Shown in pieces: positions 6,701 through 16,308 of a stretch of DNA of 26,768 nucleotides. The first letter of the stretch is position 1. The number at the start of each line of letters is the position of its first letter. Location: positions 1-26,768 of the IMG/VR virus record IMGVR_UViG_3300011444_000021; one strand, written 5' to 3'. The position numbers and the translations under genes are program-made. Below the pieces are notes generated by a model that worked only from the letters and a program-made list of their open reading frames with translations, did no database searches and had not been told where the DNA came from. Source of the DNA: a virus. Its lineage: Duplodnaviria; Caudoviricetes.

Positions 6701-8229
6701 TGGTTTTCTTCGACTTCAGTAATCGCATCGAGTGAGCGAGAAGTCAAGGGCAGGTTCGCCGCCCACAAGTCGCCATCATTCAGCGCGTCGATTTGATTGA
6801 GCTTCGCAGAAAGTTGCTTGTGCGCCTTCACCTCTACGGTATTCGCCGCGAGGATGACCCGGTAAATGGATTTGCTCTTGCCGCCCGCGCGGGGAAATCG
6901 TCCGCAGACCTGACGAAAAGCGGACGCACTCGACGGCAAGGATACTGCGCCCCCGCGCGGAAACTTCCCGGTGATGTCGTGGAGCGAGATGGAAACTCCC
7001 CCGGCGAGATTGTTAAGCAGGATTCCCCGCTCGCGGTCCTCTTGGATGTCGTCGATAAAACCCTGCCGCTCCCGCTGCCCCTTTGCCCCGCGCTGGGTTC
7101 CGTCGATACGGCATTTCCACTTGAGCCGCTTTTGCAGCGCGTCGAGAGTCGCGGTGAAGTTGACAAAAATTCCCACGGTGCGCCCGGCTTCCTGCATGGA
7201 GATAGCGACTTCCTCGAATATGGGAACCTTCAGCAATTCGATTTCCTGCTTGGCGTGAAGGATACGAGTCAGGGGAAGCTCCAAGGACCGGTCTCCCAAC
7301 TTGCGCTCATTAAGTTCGCGGATAGCGTCATCCATTTCCGCGTAGAGTTCGTCGATGCGCCCGCTCTCTTTGAGGTCGTAGAGTTCCGCGGTGATATGGC
7401 AGGCAGGAAACGCATCTCCGAGGTCCGCAATCCGTATCCGCGTGCCTCGCGACGGGAAAATTTCCGAGTGTAGCTGCGCCATTTTTTGACGCCGAGACTC
7501 TTCACTCCCCGTGAATTGCAATCCGCCAAAAGGTGATTTGCGACAACCGAGTCGGTTAGCCCAGCGGTAGAACCCGGGCGCATCCGAGTCCTTTCGGTCA
7601 ACCAGATAGTGCAACCCCAAGACATAGCCCAACGCCCGGAAATTGAGCGGAGAGTCTGCCACCGTCGCAGAAAGCGCCAGCACTGGAATGCCCGCAATTT
7701 TCGCACCGACGAGCATGTCCGAATTAAGCGAATCGATTGCTCCGCAACGGTGAATCTCATCCTGAATGAGTAGCCGTATGTTTCGGTTCCAAAAGAATTT
7801 TCCATAGTTGTGAAGTTTGGTTTTAATGACGGCGCAGTGAATTCCCGCGGGATGGTGCGGACACGGGAACGGTTTCACCAAGTCAATCTTCAACTGGCAC
7901 TCGCTGCATTCGAGAAACTCGTCGCGAGGTCCGTCGGGAGGCATGTGCTCCCACGTCCCGAACGGAGTCCGGCCCGTGCGAATCATTTCGTAATTTAGCG
8001 CGTCAAACTCCGTGCCCATAATTTCTCCGACGCGCTTCCACGCGGAAATCGAAATTTGAGGACACACAACCAAAGTAGGGACGTTTAGTTCACGAGCGAC
8101 CGCCACTGCCACAAAAGTTTTTCCAGTGCCCATATCAGACCCATCAATCGCCGAGCGACCCGACTGTAAAATCTTCAGGAGATGCTCCGCCGCCGGTTTT
8201 TGGTATTCCAGAAGTCCCGCGGTGTTCAT
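6697..8229 (-). CDS. Superfamily II (SNF2-like) helicase with Cys/His insert
   Basis: Walker A DMGTGKT, QDEIH and LSAT motifs, a C-terminal QVCGRFPR motif VI variant, and a CSEC...CPHH...HC insert. Confidence 0.88.
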   Translation of the reverse strand: MNTAGLLEYQKPAAEHLLKILQSGRSAIDGSDMGTGKTFVAVAVARELNVPTLVVCPQISISAWKRVGEIMGTEFDALNYEMIRTGRTPFGTWEHMPPDGPRDEFLECSECQLKIDLVKPFPCPHHPAGIHCAVIKTKLHNYGKFFWNRNIRLLIQDEIHRCGAIDSLNSDMLVGAKIAGIPVLALSATVADSPLNFRALGYVLGLHYLVDRKDSDAPGFYRWANRLGCRKSPFGGLQFTGSEESRRQKMAQLHSEIFPSRGTRIRIADLGDAFPACHITAELYDLKESGRIDELYAEMDDAIRELNERKLGDRSLELPLTRILHAKQEIELLKVPIFEEVAISMQEAGRTVGIFVNFTATLDALQKRLKWKCRIDGTQRGAKGQRERQGFIDDIQEDRERGILLNNLAGGVSISLHDITGKFPRGGAVSLPSSASAFRQVCGRFPRAGGKSKSIYRVILAANTVEVKAHKQLSAKLNQIDALNDGDLWAANLPLTSRSLDAITEVEENQ

Positions 8230-8705
8230 GGGAAATTCAAAGCTTCCCGCTCGAAGCCTCGGGCCAACGCTTCCGCATCGTATATTCTCGCGGCGGTTTC
8301 TTCAGAAGAGTGGTATCCGAGGAAAAGTTTTTTACTGCCCGGGAGACCAATTCTCGCTGCCCACTTACCGCGAAACCACGAGACCCCGCGATATTGGCTA
8401 GACGTGCCCGACCGTTTTCGCTGGAAAGCCCGGGCGTTCCCCCGCTGGTCCCGGACTCTCAAATTCTCTCGACGATTGTCTAACCCGTTTCCGTTTTTGT
8501 GGTCTCCGCGTGAGCCCGCAGGCGCATCTAAAACTTCTCTATGAAGACGTTTTCGGTTATTTCCTCGTCCGCGTTCGGCATACCACCGGCCCCGGTAATT
8601 GGCGGCGCTCCATTTAACCCGACCGACCTTTTCCATGTCGTCGAAGTCGATGATTACGACCTTCCCTTGCGAGAGCGGCAAAAATACAATCGCGTCAGTC
8701 CTCAT
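8226..8705 (-). CDS. HNH-AP2 homing endonuclease
   Basis: RLHREVL...DHKNGNGLDNRRENLR (HNH) plus SQYRGVSW...KWAARI...EETAARIYD...NFP (AP2). Start trimmed to ATG 8705. Confidence 0.88.
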   Translation of the reverse strand: MRTDAIVFLPLSQGKVVIIDFDDMEKVGRVKWSAANYRGRWYAERGRGNNRKRLHREVLDAPAGSRGDHKNGNGLDNRRENLRVRDQRGNARAFQRKRSGTSSQYRGVSWFRGKWAARIGLPGSKKLFLGYHSSEETAARIYDAEALARGFEREALNFP

Positions 8706-8913
8706 GAGCTGCCCATCGCTTGTCCGGGCCGAGACCTTCGCCCAACAGACGTTCAACTGCCTCGCGGCAATCCGCCGAGTTGTGGAGGATGATTGGACCG
8801 TGCGGAAATACAAATCCCAAATCGGGGTCCACGTAATCGACACGCGGACCGCACCAACAATTGGCGCTATGCCGATGCGGGGCTTCGTCATTGAGTGGGA
8901 CGACGTTGACCAT
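8695..8913 (-). CDS. Small His/Cys hypothetical phage protein
   Basis: MVNVVPLNDEAPH...CWCGP...ILHNSADCRE. Confidence 0.6.
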   Translation of the reverse strand: MVNVVPLNDEAPHRHSANCWCGPRVDYVDPDLGFVFPHGPIILHNSADCREAVERLLGEGLGPDKRWAAHED

Positions 8914-8914
8914 C

Positions 8915-9205
8915 TCAATTCCCCGGAGCGTCGTTGCAGTTCGCGATATGCGGACTGGTGATGTCACCCTCGCACGCCGGGCAACGAAAAACTTCTTCCC
9001 TCTTCCACCATATCGGGTCGAACACCGAATCAGGAACCGTCTGCGCGATTCGCGGCATCGCGTATCCTTTCCACTTCCGGCGCATCCATCGCATCCGTCG
9101 CTTGCGACTCCACCCTTTGACCGCCGATGGAATCGGAAGCCCATTGAGAAAGTGGACCGAGTAAGTCGCATTTACCCACGCGGGATTGATTTCAGGCTTT
9201 CTCAT
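8915..9205 (-). CDS. Hypothetical protein with CxxC
   Basis: ATGA-coupled start at 9205 and a CPAC motif. Confidence 0.5.
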   Translation of the reverse strand: MRKPEINPAWVNATYSVHFLNGLPIPSAVKGWSRKRRMRWMRRKWKGYAMPRIAQTVPDSVFDPIWWKREEVFRCPACEGDITSPHIANCNDAPGN

Positions 9206-9471
9206 GCAAAGAAAAATCCTTCTTCCACGGAGCATGACCGTATCACGAGTATGCCCCGGTAATAGAAATGAGCGACTCGCTTCCGTTGAAACTCAAGGGA
9301 CACCTGAGACTGTTCGCACGACATGAAGTCCGCAATACTCGTGGTAACTTCCGCGAAGAGTTGGTCATAGTCATGTGCGCCCACCATCACGACCCCCGGG
9401 GAACTTACCGGGAATCCATTGGTCGTGGCGACATTGAGCCAGTAGTGGTTGAACTTCTCCTTGGCGTTCAT
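9202..9471 (-). CDS. Hypothetical protein
   Basis: Tightly packed operon ORF. Confidence 0.55.
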   Translation of the reverse strand: MNAKEKFNHYWLNVATTNGFPVSSPGVVMVGAHDYDQLFAEVTTSIADFMSCEQSQVSLEFQRKRVAHFYYRGILVIRSCSVEEGFFFA

Positions 9472-10133
9472 CAGAAGTAAATCAGGTGAACCGTGATGCT
9501 ACCCTCAAAGATTGGCCCGGTCAGTTCGCAGAACTGATGCGTCAACGGTTCCAATAATAGCCAATGTCCTCCCTTAAGCCTCATCACAACCATCGCGTGA
9601 TATACCGGGAAGTCCTCGGGACGCAGCCCGCCCATACGCAGCCCGTCTATCGGCCCGTCAATCCGAACGCCGATGAAACCAATGGCCAGCGCGGCGGGAT
9701 ACTCGCGGTATTCGACCAACGCCTCTTTACGAAGTAATACCATCAGTTCCTGCGCGTTGTCGTCGCAGTCGTAGGCTTCGGGCACGTAAACATTCTCCAG
9801 CTTGCGGAACGCGCGCTTGAGCATCAGCTTCGCGGTCTGTTCGGTGGGCGAGATGTAGAGCATGTCCACCGTGAACGCAGGCGTCCAAAGCTGAGGACAG
9901 ATAGGACCCAGTTCGGTAGCAAAGCTAATTTCATCCGCGAGGTCTGCCGATTCGGTTTGTCCGTCGGGCTTCAGAGTGCGGCCAACATTGATAGTCGTCG
10001 CCGGGCGGTTGAATACCGCCGCCGGTTTGTCACCGAAAAATTTCGTCGGTGCGTCACTGAGAAAAAACGATTCGACGGCAATGAGGAACGAGAGAACCGC
10101 CACGATGGCGATTTGTAATTTTGGACTACGCAT
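9471..10133 (-). CDS. Exported or anchored papain/transglutaminase-like cysteine hydrolase
   Basis: N-terminal hydrophobic helix, and YDCDDNA...HAMVV...LLEP as a candidate Cys-His-Glu triad. Confidence 0.6.
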   Translation of the reverse strand: MRSPKLQIAIVAVLSFLIAVESFFLSDAPTKFFGDKPAAVFNRPATTINVGRTLKPDGQTESADLADEISFATELGPICPQLWTPAFTVDMLYISPTEQTAKLMLKRAFRKLENVYVPEAYDCDDNAQELMVLLRKEALVEYREYPAALAIGFIGVRIDGPIDGLRMGGLRPEDFPVYHAMVVMRLKGGHWLLLEPLTHQFCELTGPIFEGSITVHLIYF

Positions 10134-10135
10134 GA

Positions 10136-10504
10136 CTATCTGACTCTTTCTATGGTTACGGGGATGAGCCCTAGTTTTGTATCGGCTAACGCTGCAAACG
10201 ATGCTTCAGATAGGTCGATGGCCCGATGTAATCGTCTGGCAGGTCCTCGGTCATTGACGCGGACGAGGACGGATTTACCTCGAACGGTGGACACCCGAAG
10301 TATGGACTGAAACGGATAGTCCCAACTTGCACAGGTAAATCCTTCAGGCGAAAAACTTTCACCCGACGCGGTTCGCTTACCGCGACACTCTTCGCCATAC
10401 CAGCTTGCGATTCCCCGAGTTGGTGGTTTTGCATATGTGGTCAGAACGGAAAGATACAGGAGCGCCGCCGCAACGCAAGCAATTTTTGAATTTCGTCCAG
10501 CCAT
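10136..10504 (-). CDS. RlpA-like double-psi beta-barrel lytic transglycosylase
   Basis: Signal-like N-terminus, then GIASWYG, TASGE, VRVNDRGP and IDLS. Confidence 0.85.
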   Translation of the reverse strand: MAGRNSKIACVAAALLYLSVLTTYAKPPTRGIASWYGEECRGKRTASGESFSPEGFTCASWDYPFQSILRVSTVRGKSVLVRVNDRGPARRLHRAIDLSEASFAALADTKLGLIPVTIERVR

Positions 10505-11022
10505 AAAATCTTCAACCGATACCAACGATACCAATCAGCGTAGGAAAAACTGTCTGGTATTTGGCCCGCCGCGTTGGCGCGAAACTCGTAAATCTCGCCG
10601 CTGAGATGCCCCCGCAACAGGTAGAACCAAGCGGGGTCGAAGAAGCAGCAATACTTGTCGGCCCAACAAAGTGCGCTGGGCAACCGCTCATGCGCCTTGG
10701 AATACTCCCGGCTGTGGTAGAGGGAAAGCAGGTAGGCATCTCCGGCATCGAACATCTGATGAAGCTCGGTATCGCCCGTCCACCGGGCAACTTTAGCCGC
10801 CAGATAGTAAGCCATCAAGGCTCCGCGCTCGGGATGTCTTCGGCCTTCGGGTCCGTCCATGTTCGGACAGCCCCAGTAGCCGAGGTCGTGGCAGACAATG
10901 GCGCACCATTCTTTACGACGCGGCCACCGTCCGTAGAGCCGACTCCACGCCATTGCGACGGTGAACGGATGCCACCAGAAGGCGTGGACTCCGAACAAAA
11001 CGCTTTTGGTGCCGACGTTCAT
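10441..11022 (-). CDS. HD-domain phosphohydrolase-like protein
   Basis: H...CHDLGY...HPERGA...YHS...ADK pattern. Confidence 0.6.
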   Translation of the reverse strand: MNVGTKSVLFGVHAFWWHPFTVAMAWSRLYGRWPRRKEWCAIVCHDLGYWGCPNMDGPEGRRHPERGALMAYYLAAKVARWTGDTELHQMFDAGDAYLLSLYHSREYSKAHERLPSALCWADKYCCFFDPAWFYLLRGHLSGEIYEFRANAAGQIPDSFSYADWYRWYRLKILWLDEIQKLLALRRRSCIFPF

Positions 11023-11160
11023 CGAAGTATCAGCCAGAGAGCAAATGCGAGATACGCAAGCCCCGCAATTGTTTCCAAAAATTCTTGGGTGTTCTTATTC
11101 ATGGTCGATAATGAGCGACCTTAAACGCGCGTGTGAATGCGAAGCCGAGGCAGTATGAGG

Positions 11161-11640
11161 TCATATCAACTCCAAATCACGAGCCATCGCCCGAAGTGTT
11201 GAGTGATAAACTTCCAGCGATTCGATGTTGTAGAGCGTCGAGTCAATCGCGGGATGAAAAGCGTCAAAGGTCACCGTGGGGTCAACCGGCACCTGCGGAC
11301 GGTTAACCCAAACTATTCGGTTAAAAAGACCGGCGGCTTTGACGGCTTCGAGTTCCACTTTGTCGCGAATCCCTGCCGCGATGTCCCCTTGTGCAAGAAC
11401 CATGCGCGCGAGGATTGTTGGGTCGGTCTTCCTCAAATCGTTGCAGTAGTCATACCACTGCTTGCGGTGCTGATGCCGCGTCTCCCATGCGACCTGCGGG
11501 TGTAACCCGAGACGGGCTGCGACATACGGGAGTGCGGCCCATGAGAAGCTCCCCGCGTAGCGAAGGCCCGTGATTTTTGCGAGGTATGCGGCGGCTTCAT
11601 CCTTACCGGCTCGGCCATAACCACAAAACAGAATCTTCAT
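11161..11640 (-). CDS. Deoxynucleoside monophosphate kinase-like P-loop protein
   Basis: ILFCGYGRAGKDEAA, GIRDKVE and IVWVNR. Confidence 0.7.
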   Translation of the reverse strand: MKILFCGYGRAGKDEAAAYLAKITGLRYAGSFSWAALPYVAARLGLHPQVAWETRHQHRKQWYDYCNDLRKTDPTILARMVLAQGDIAAGIRDKVELEAVKAAGLFNRIVWVNRPQVPVDPTVTFDAFHPAIDSTLYNIESLEVYHSTLRAMARDLELI

Positions 11641-11921
11641 AGATTGGATACTTGAACCAATCGGTGAATTGGAATTTCATTTGTTACCGAAAAGGCAATG
11701 ACCTCTTCCCGAGTTTCCGCTATCACAATAATCACTCCTCGCTTGGCTTCGGCAAGGTCACGAAAGCCCACCTCATCGGAGGGCCGGTAGCCATCAAAAA
11801 TGGTCACATTCGCTTGACCGAGGGCGCGGGCAATTCCAGCAGCCATCAGAGTTTTACCTGACGCTGTTGGGCCATAGATTCCAACATTTACTGGCGTCTT
11901 AGCAAGTTCTTTGTTATTCAT
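11637..11921 (-). CDS. Short P-loop-containing protein
   Basis: Walker A GPTASGKT and IFDG, but only 94 aa. Confidence 0.55.
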   Translation of the reverse strand: MNNKELAKTPVNVGIYGPTASGKTLMAAGIARALGQANVTIFDGYRPSDEVGFRDLAEAKRGVIIVIAETREEVIAFSVTNEIPIHRLVQVSNL

Positions 11922-12070
11922 TCGTCAGAGTTGTTTTTGTTGTATGCGATGTAGAGCACAGTAACACCGAGAACCAGAAACACAACTACGAAAATTTCAG
12001 GAGTCGTTATCGAGAGGGAGAAGACGGAATACTTCGCGGAGACGTAAAGGTAGGGAACCATAGCAATCAT
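11918..12070 (-). CDS. Small membrane protein
   Basis: Hydrophobic stretch IFVVVFLVLGVTVLYIAY, with the stop overlapping the next ATG. Confidence 0.4.
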   Translation of the reverse strand: MIAMVPYLYVSAKYSVFSLSITTPEIFVVVFLVLGVTVLYIAYNKNNSDE

Positions 12071-12282
12071 TGTTCGTAGGGGTTCTCGCGGTTGCGGGCT
12101 ATCCATTCCCACTGAAGAAACCAGACAGCTTCGTGCCACGGTTGATAACCCGCGGACGGCCAGCTTCCTTTGGGACATGAGGTATCCACCGGTATCCCGG
12201 GGCAAGAATCGTTTCTTTTGTCTTTCGGCATGAGTCTCCCGCTTCATATTCCAACAATGTAAAATAGGCTTGCCGGAATGAA

Positions 12283-12684
12283 TTAGCTCGCGGGTCCATT
12301 GCGTTCATGAGTTGGGACTTGGTCCGGGGTGTGGTCTTGCACCATCGGGTCACGCAGCGGCTTCTCCCGGCAGAAGACCGGGTTGTCGGGAGTATAGGGT
12401 TCACCCGTGGGCTCTGTGGTTTCCTGCGGACCATACTTGTTCAATTCGCGATGAGCATTCGCCGATTGGACATTGTGATTTTCGACGAGACGCCCAGTCG
12501 TTGTGACGGGGATGAGCGTGCGGACTTTGCGCCACGGCGCAATTATCTTAGCTGGCCCACCCTTTCCCGGCTCCCGATAAGCGAATGGCGCAACCTTAGC
12601 GGCAATCTTGCCCCGTCGAATGAAGAAAGCCTGACCGATGAATAGCGAGAAAAAGCGTTTGTAGAGATGCTTTGTGCGTGTCAT
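12283..12684 (-). CDS. Hypothetical basic protein
   Basis: ATGA-coupled start at 12684. Confidence 0.5.
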   Translation of the reverse strand: MTRTKHLYKRFFSLFIGQAFFIRRGKIAAKVAPFAYREPGKGGPAKIIAPWRKVRTLIPVTTTGRLVENHNVQSANAHRELNKYGPQETTEPTGEPYTPDNPVFCREKPLRDPMVQDHTPDQVPTHERNGPAS

Positions 12685-13133
12685 TTTGCTGGTGCGGTTC
12701 GGACGTTGTATTCGGCCTGCGCCTGCTTCATCACTCCGAGATGATACGTCTGCGCCGTGGCAAGATTCTTTTGAATCTGTGAATCGGGCGTGCATTTCTC
12801 CGCGAGATGCTTACAGGTCGAAGCGTGACGGGCCGAATGCTTGATGAGGCGAATCAACCGCACGAGAGACACCCGTTGCAAATCCACGGTGAGCTTGACA
12901 GCGGGGTCCTTGGGCTGAATGCGCGGGACGGAGATGCTTGTCGAGAGCGCCCGACGGATACGCTTGCGCTTGGCCGCAGTGGATTTGTTCTTGCAGTTGG
13001 CAAGCACGTTCACGGCTGCGACACGCGGGAACTGCGAGAGGGGGATGCGCTCGAAATTATCCCACGCGGCATCTTCGGCACTGCGGGCGGCTTTACGGAG
13101 CTTCTTGTTTTGGAGTTTGTTCTTCGCAGACAT
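12681..13133 (-). CDS. Lys/Arg-rich hypothetical protein
   Basis: ORF in operon orientation with GAGG upstream. Confidence 0.55.
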   Translation of the reverse strand: MSAKNKLQNKKLRKAARSAEDAAWDNFERIPLSQFPRVAAVNVLANCKNKSTAAKRKRIRRALSTSISVPRIQPKDPAVKLTVDLQRVSLVRLIRLIKHSARHASTCKHLAEKCTPDSQIQKNLATAQTYHLGVMKQAQAEYNVRTAPAK

Positions 13134-13155
13134 TTGATTTTTGAGGTTGAGTTTT

Positions 13156-13374
13156 TTATTTACCGAAAGTTATTGCGAGAACATTAGCACAGTTCTCGCA
13201 GAAGTAAAAGTCTTTTGGTGGTCCGCCGGGGGCTTGCTGGACGACGTGTAAACGCTTGACCAATTTTTCTTTGTTGTCGTCGTTGCGGTCGATGAAGCGC
13301 AGTTCATTCGTGGCCGGGGTCACGATGTTGAACTGGCACCGCGTATTTTCACAGAACGGCGTCATGAGATTCAA
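13156..13374 (-). CDS. Small Zn-ribbon-like protein
   Basis: CENTRC...CENC. Confidence 0.55.
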   Translation of the reverse strand: MNLMTPFCENTRCQFNIVTPATNELRFIDRNDDNKEKLVKRLHVVQQAPGGPPKDFYFCENCANVLAITFGK

Positions 13375-13873
13375 CGAGCCAAAGTTGGAGGTTGCGTCCG
13401 TCCTGACCGACGATACCCTTCACAAGGTCCGCCAAATCAGACGCCAACCGCATCCCGGGGATGTTGTCGGAGAAACGAATCGCGGACTTGCTGACGCGCT
13501 CGGTGAGCGTGACACCCGCCGCGTTCTTCGCACGAATGAAGCGCAACACGATGTCGCACTCCTGCCCGCTGAAGTCCACGCGACCTATGAGCCGAGAGCA
13601 AGCATCGTCGCCTGTGCCCAGATTCAAAAACATTTGCTGGATTGTCGCGCCCGGGGCGAACCGCACTTCGTTGCCCTTCGAGAGCCGAGTCTCAATGGTG
13701 CTGCCGGTGCGAACGATGTCTTCTTTCTTGGCGTTCGGGAACTTGGCGCGAACGAGAGTCCAGAGAGTCTGGTAATCGCCCATGCCGAAACCGGTGAGGG
13801 GAGTTTCGATGGTGACTTTGCCGTGTCCTTCGACGTGGAAAAAGCCGATGAGATAGTTTTTGTCGGTGGTCAT
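13349..13873 (-). CDS. Hypothetical protein
   Basis: 174-aa ORF in operon orientation. Confidence 0.6.
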   Translation of the reverse strand: MTTDKNYLIGFFHVEGHGKVTIETPLTGFGMGDYQTLWTLVRAKFPNAKKEDIVRTGSTIETRLSKGNEVRFAPGATIQQMFLNLGTGDDACSRLIGRVDFSGQECDIVLRFIRAKNAAGVTLTERVSKSAIRFSDNIPGMRLASDLADLVKGIVGQDGRNLQLWLVESHDAVL

Positions 13874-13876
13874 AAG

Positions 13877-14125
13877 TTATCGGTTCAGGTGCATTGCAAT
13901 TTCCGCTTCCTCTTGGGTAAGGATGATGTCGGAGCCGCAATCGAGGTAAGCATGTTTGCCAGTAGAGGGTTGCCAGCAGTAGAGCAATCGTTTGCCAGAG
14001 CGAGAAGTGAAGGGGCGCTCGGTTCCTCCGCAGGCTGGGACCCAAGGACCGTTTTCCTGTTTGGCGATATGCTGTTCGATGCTTTCAATCATACGGAAAG
14101 GTGCCATGAGTGCGGCATTTGTCAA
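13877..14125 (-). CDS. Hypothetical phage protein
   Basis: WVPACGGTERPF...LLYCWQPSTGKHAYLD. Confidence 0.6.
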   Translation of the reverse strand: MTNAALMAPFRMIESIEQHIAKQENGPWVPACGGTERPFTSRSGKRLLYCWQPSTGKHAYLDCGSDIILTQEEAEIAMHLNR

Positions 14126-14135
14126 GGGACGAAGT

Positions 14136-14342
14136 TTAGCGCAGCGAGGCGTCGGTCAAAAAGCACGTCACAATCGGACCCCCGACGGACTTGCCGAATT
14201 GGTTCACTGATTCGAGCGCAATGGAGGGCGTTGTGTGAGCACCGTCCGTAAGCCAGACGGCCACTATGACGTATGGACGATTGGTCGTGTCGGCGGTGAG
14301 CGTGACGATTCTCCCGAGAAGTGCGGTGTGGAGGGTTTTCAT
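14136..14342 (-). CDS. Hypothetical protein
   Basis: ATG after an AT-rich leader, in operon orientation. Confidence 0.5.
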   Translation of the reverse strand: MKTLHTALLGRIVTLTADTTNRPYVIVAVWLTDGAHTTPSIALESVNQFGKSVGGPIVTCFLTDASLR

Positions 14343-14367
14343 GGTTTGATTCTTTCATATCGGGGAA

Positions 14368-14712
14368 TTACCTAGTGCGAGCTTCCACTTGCGGCCACGT
14401 TCGGGCTTTGAAATCGCCCTCGAATTTGTCGAACTCGAAAACGGTTGCTTGGGCTCCGTCGCGCTCGAAAAAATAGTGTAGTAAGCCCGAGGCGTTCTGG
14501 CTGATAGAGTGGTTCTCCTCGGCGACGAATACCGCGCCGCAGACGGAGGGAGTGATGCCGGAACAAAGACGTATCTCGTGATTCCAGATTTTTGCCTGAG
14601 CCGCAGCATTGACGAACTTGTCCCGAGAACCGACGAACAGCCACAGGTTCACATCGACCGCGCGAGCCGCGACCATCGTGATAGACTGGACCGCGTCGAT
14701 GTCCCCCTTCAC
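14368..14712 (-). CDS. Hypothetical protein
   Basis: GTGA overlap with the upstream gene. Confidence 0.5.
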   Translation of the reverse strand: MKGDIDAVQSITMVAARAVDVNLWLFVGSRDKFVNAAAQAKIWNHEIRLCSGITPSVCGAVFVAEENHSISQNASGLLHYFFERDGAQATVFEFDKFEGDFKARTWPQVEARTR

Positions 14713-15038
14713 TGAATCCTCTTTGCGGTTTCCTCGGCGCGTTCAATCGCCTTTTTCACATCCTCGACTGAGAGACCGCAGGCGTGGCGACAAGCGCCAA
14801 TGAGTTCGTTGCCCAAGGCGAGTCGGAACTTGCGCTGATAGTCGGCAACCATCTCGCCGACTCGGAGATGAAGGTGGTCCTGTTCGTTCTTGAGCGAGTT
14901 GTATTCTTCTGCGGTGAGGATGAAGTACCTAATCAGCGGGTGAGCGTTGAGTCCGGGACGACCGGCTTGAATTCTTTTGTTGCCGAACATGACCCAGCCG
15001 TTTTCCACGGCGAAGATTTCAATTTTGGTTTTGTTCAT
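14709..15038 (-). CDS. Hypothetical protein
   Basis: Trimmed to ATG 15038 (MNKTKIEIFAVENGW). Confidence 0.5.
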   Translation of the reverse strand: MNKTKIEIFAVENGWVMFGNKRIQAGRPGLNAHPLIRYFILTAEEYNSLKNEQDHLHLRVGEMVADYQRKFRLALGNELIGACRHACGLSVEDVKKAIERAEETAKRIQ

Positions 15039-15287
15039 ACTGGAAAAATGTAGAACCACTCTTCGCACGCCCCCACGAGCGACTCGCGCGCCTCTTTGAG
15101 TGCGTTGTGAAGATTGCCGCCGATGCCCGTGACGAACCCCAGTCAATGCGGTCATAGTTGTCGCGGAACTGCGACGAGAAGCAATTGCGCGGGGCGTCGC
15201 CTTTGCCGGGATTTCCATTGAGACCGATATCCCCACTGGGCATCGTCGGGCGGCGCTTGCCTTTGCGAGAAGAGAAAGAAGGACCGT

Positions 15288-15488
15288 TCATGCGTCAATG
15301 AATCCGTTGTGAGTGATTCCAGTGATGATGCTCTTCGGGTATTTGTCACGATTACGACGGAGCAAGCTGCTGGCTTTCTTGGCGACAAGCCCGATTTCAG
15401 TGCGACGAGGAGTAGTAATCCATAACGAAGCGCTCGTATGGCTTAAATCCACTCTCCAGAGATGAAGACCGGCAACATGTGATTTCAT
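15288..15488 (-). CDS. Hypothetical protein
   Basis: ATGA-coupled start at 15488. Confidence 0.45.
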   Translation of the reverse strand: MKSHVAGLHLWRVDLSHTSASLWITTPRRTEIGLVAKKASSLLRRNRDKYPKSIITGITHNGFIDA

Positions 15489-15751
15489 TTCGACTTGGGC
15501 AGAAGATTGAAGAGGGCGGAGACACACGCCGTCATCAGCCAGCATTGAAAAAACGTGAACGACGGCGCGTTAAAAAGTGGCACCGCGATTTCCTTCCACG
15601 CAAGAAAGAACAGCGCCGCCGGAATCAATCCGATAGCGATGCTGAGAATGAGTACGAGGAGGAGACCGAGTGCGATGCCGATGAATTTTTCCACAGGAGT
15701 TAGACTTGGTTTGTGATTGTGAAATGGCGGACGAGAAGACAGCGGTTTCAT
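15485..15751 (-). CDS. Small membrane protein (two hydrophobic segments)
   Basis: FIGIALGLLLVLILSIAIGLIPAALFFLAW, with the ATG at 15751 overlapping the upstream stop. Confidence 0.55.
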   Translation of the reverse strand: MKPLSSRPPFHNHKPSLTPVEKFIGIALGLLLVLILSIAIGLIPAALFFLAWKEIAVPLFNAPSFTFFQCWLMTACVSALFNLLPKSK

Positions 15752-16089
15752 CAATTCTGCGTCGAGGGTAAATCCTTTGTCGGCGCGATTAGACTGACGA
15801 GCGCAGCTTGTTCTTGCTGATGCCGGACCTGAGCCGCGAAAAGCATGTTGACGGAATCGCAGATTAGGTTGGCAATCGTCGCGTTCTTGGTAATGGCGAG
15901 TTGGTCGCCCACGACGTTGACGAGAATGTGCTGGTCGAATCCCAAAGGCGCGGTTCCGGTTCCCGCCCATTCGCGCTTTACCATTTTTAGGCAGGTGCCA
16001 TCAGGAAATGGATTGAGAACGAGGGTCTTTGGTTCGGGGGGTGTCGGCTTGATGCTACCGTCTGCGTTTGCTTGGATGATATTGCTCAT
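15751..16089 (-). CDS. Hypothetical protein
   Basis: ATGA-coupled ORF. Confidence 0.55.
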   Translation of the reverse strand: MSNIIQANADGSIKPTPPEPKTLVLNPFPDGTCLKMVKREWAGTGTAPLGFDQHILVNVVGDQLAITKNATIANLICDSVNMLFAAQVRHQQEQAALVSLIAPTKDLPSTQN

Positions 16090-16289
16090 AGAGGTTTCCA
16101 GTTTGTGATGAGGGAAGAACCTTTGGGAGCAATCGCGAGGGTGACACCGCCTTCATAGTTCTTGAGGATGATTTCCCCACTGTCCACGATGATGCGGTAG
16201 TAAGCGCACCCGGGAACGTCCACCCATTGCCCATTGGGAGTGAGGAATCGGAAGGAATCTCCGCGTTGCTTTTTAAGTTTCTTTTTCAT
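16086..16289 (-). CDS. Hypothetical protein
   Basis: First ORF downstream of promoter copy 2. Confidence 0.55.
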   Translation of the reverse strand: MKKKLKKQRGDSFRFLTPNGQWVDVPGCAYYRIIVDSGEIILKNYEGGVTLAIAPKGSSLITNWKPL

Positions 16290-16308
16290 CGGCTCGTAGT
16301 TTCGGATT

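Noticed and set aside
8706-8918. N-terminal extension of the HNH-AP2 ORF as given in the ORF track
   Set aside because: It overlaps a better small gene (8695-8913), and the HNH-type sequence begins at ATG 8705.
13256-14251. 331-aa plus-strand ORF
   Set aside because: Antisense to several coupled minus-strand genes, with no recognisable motif.
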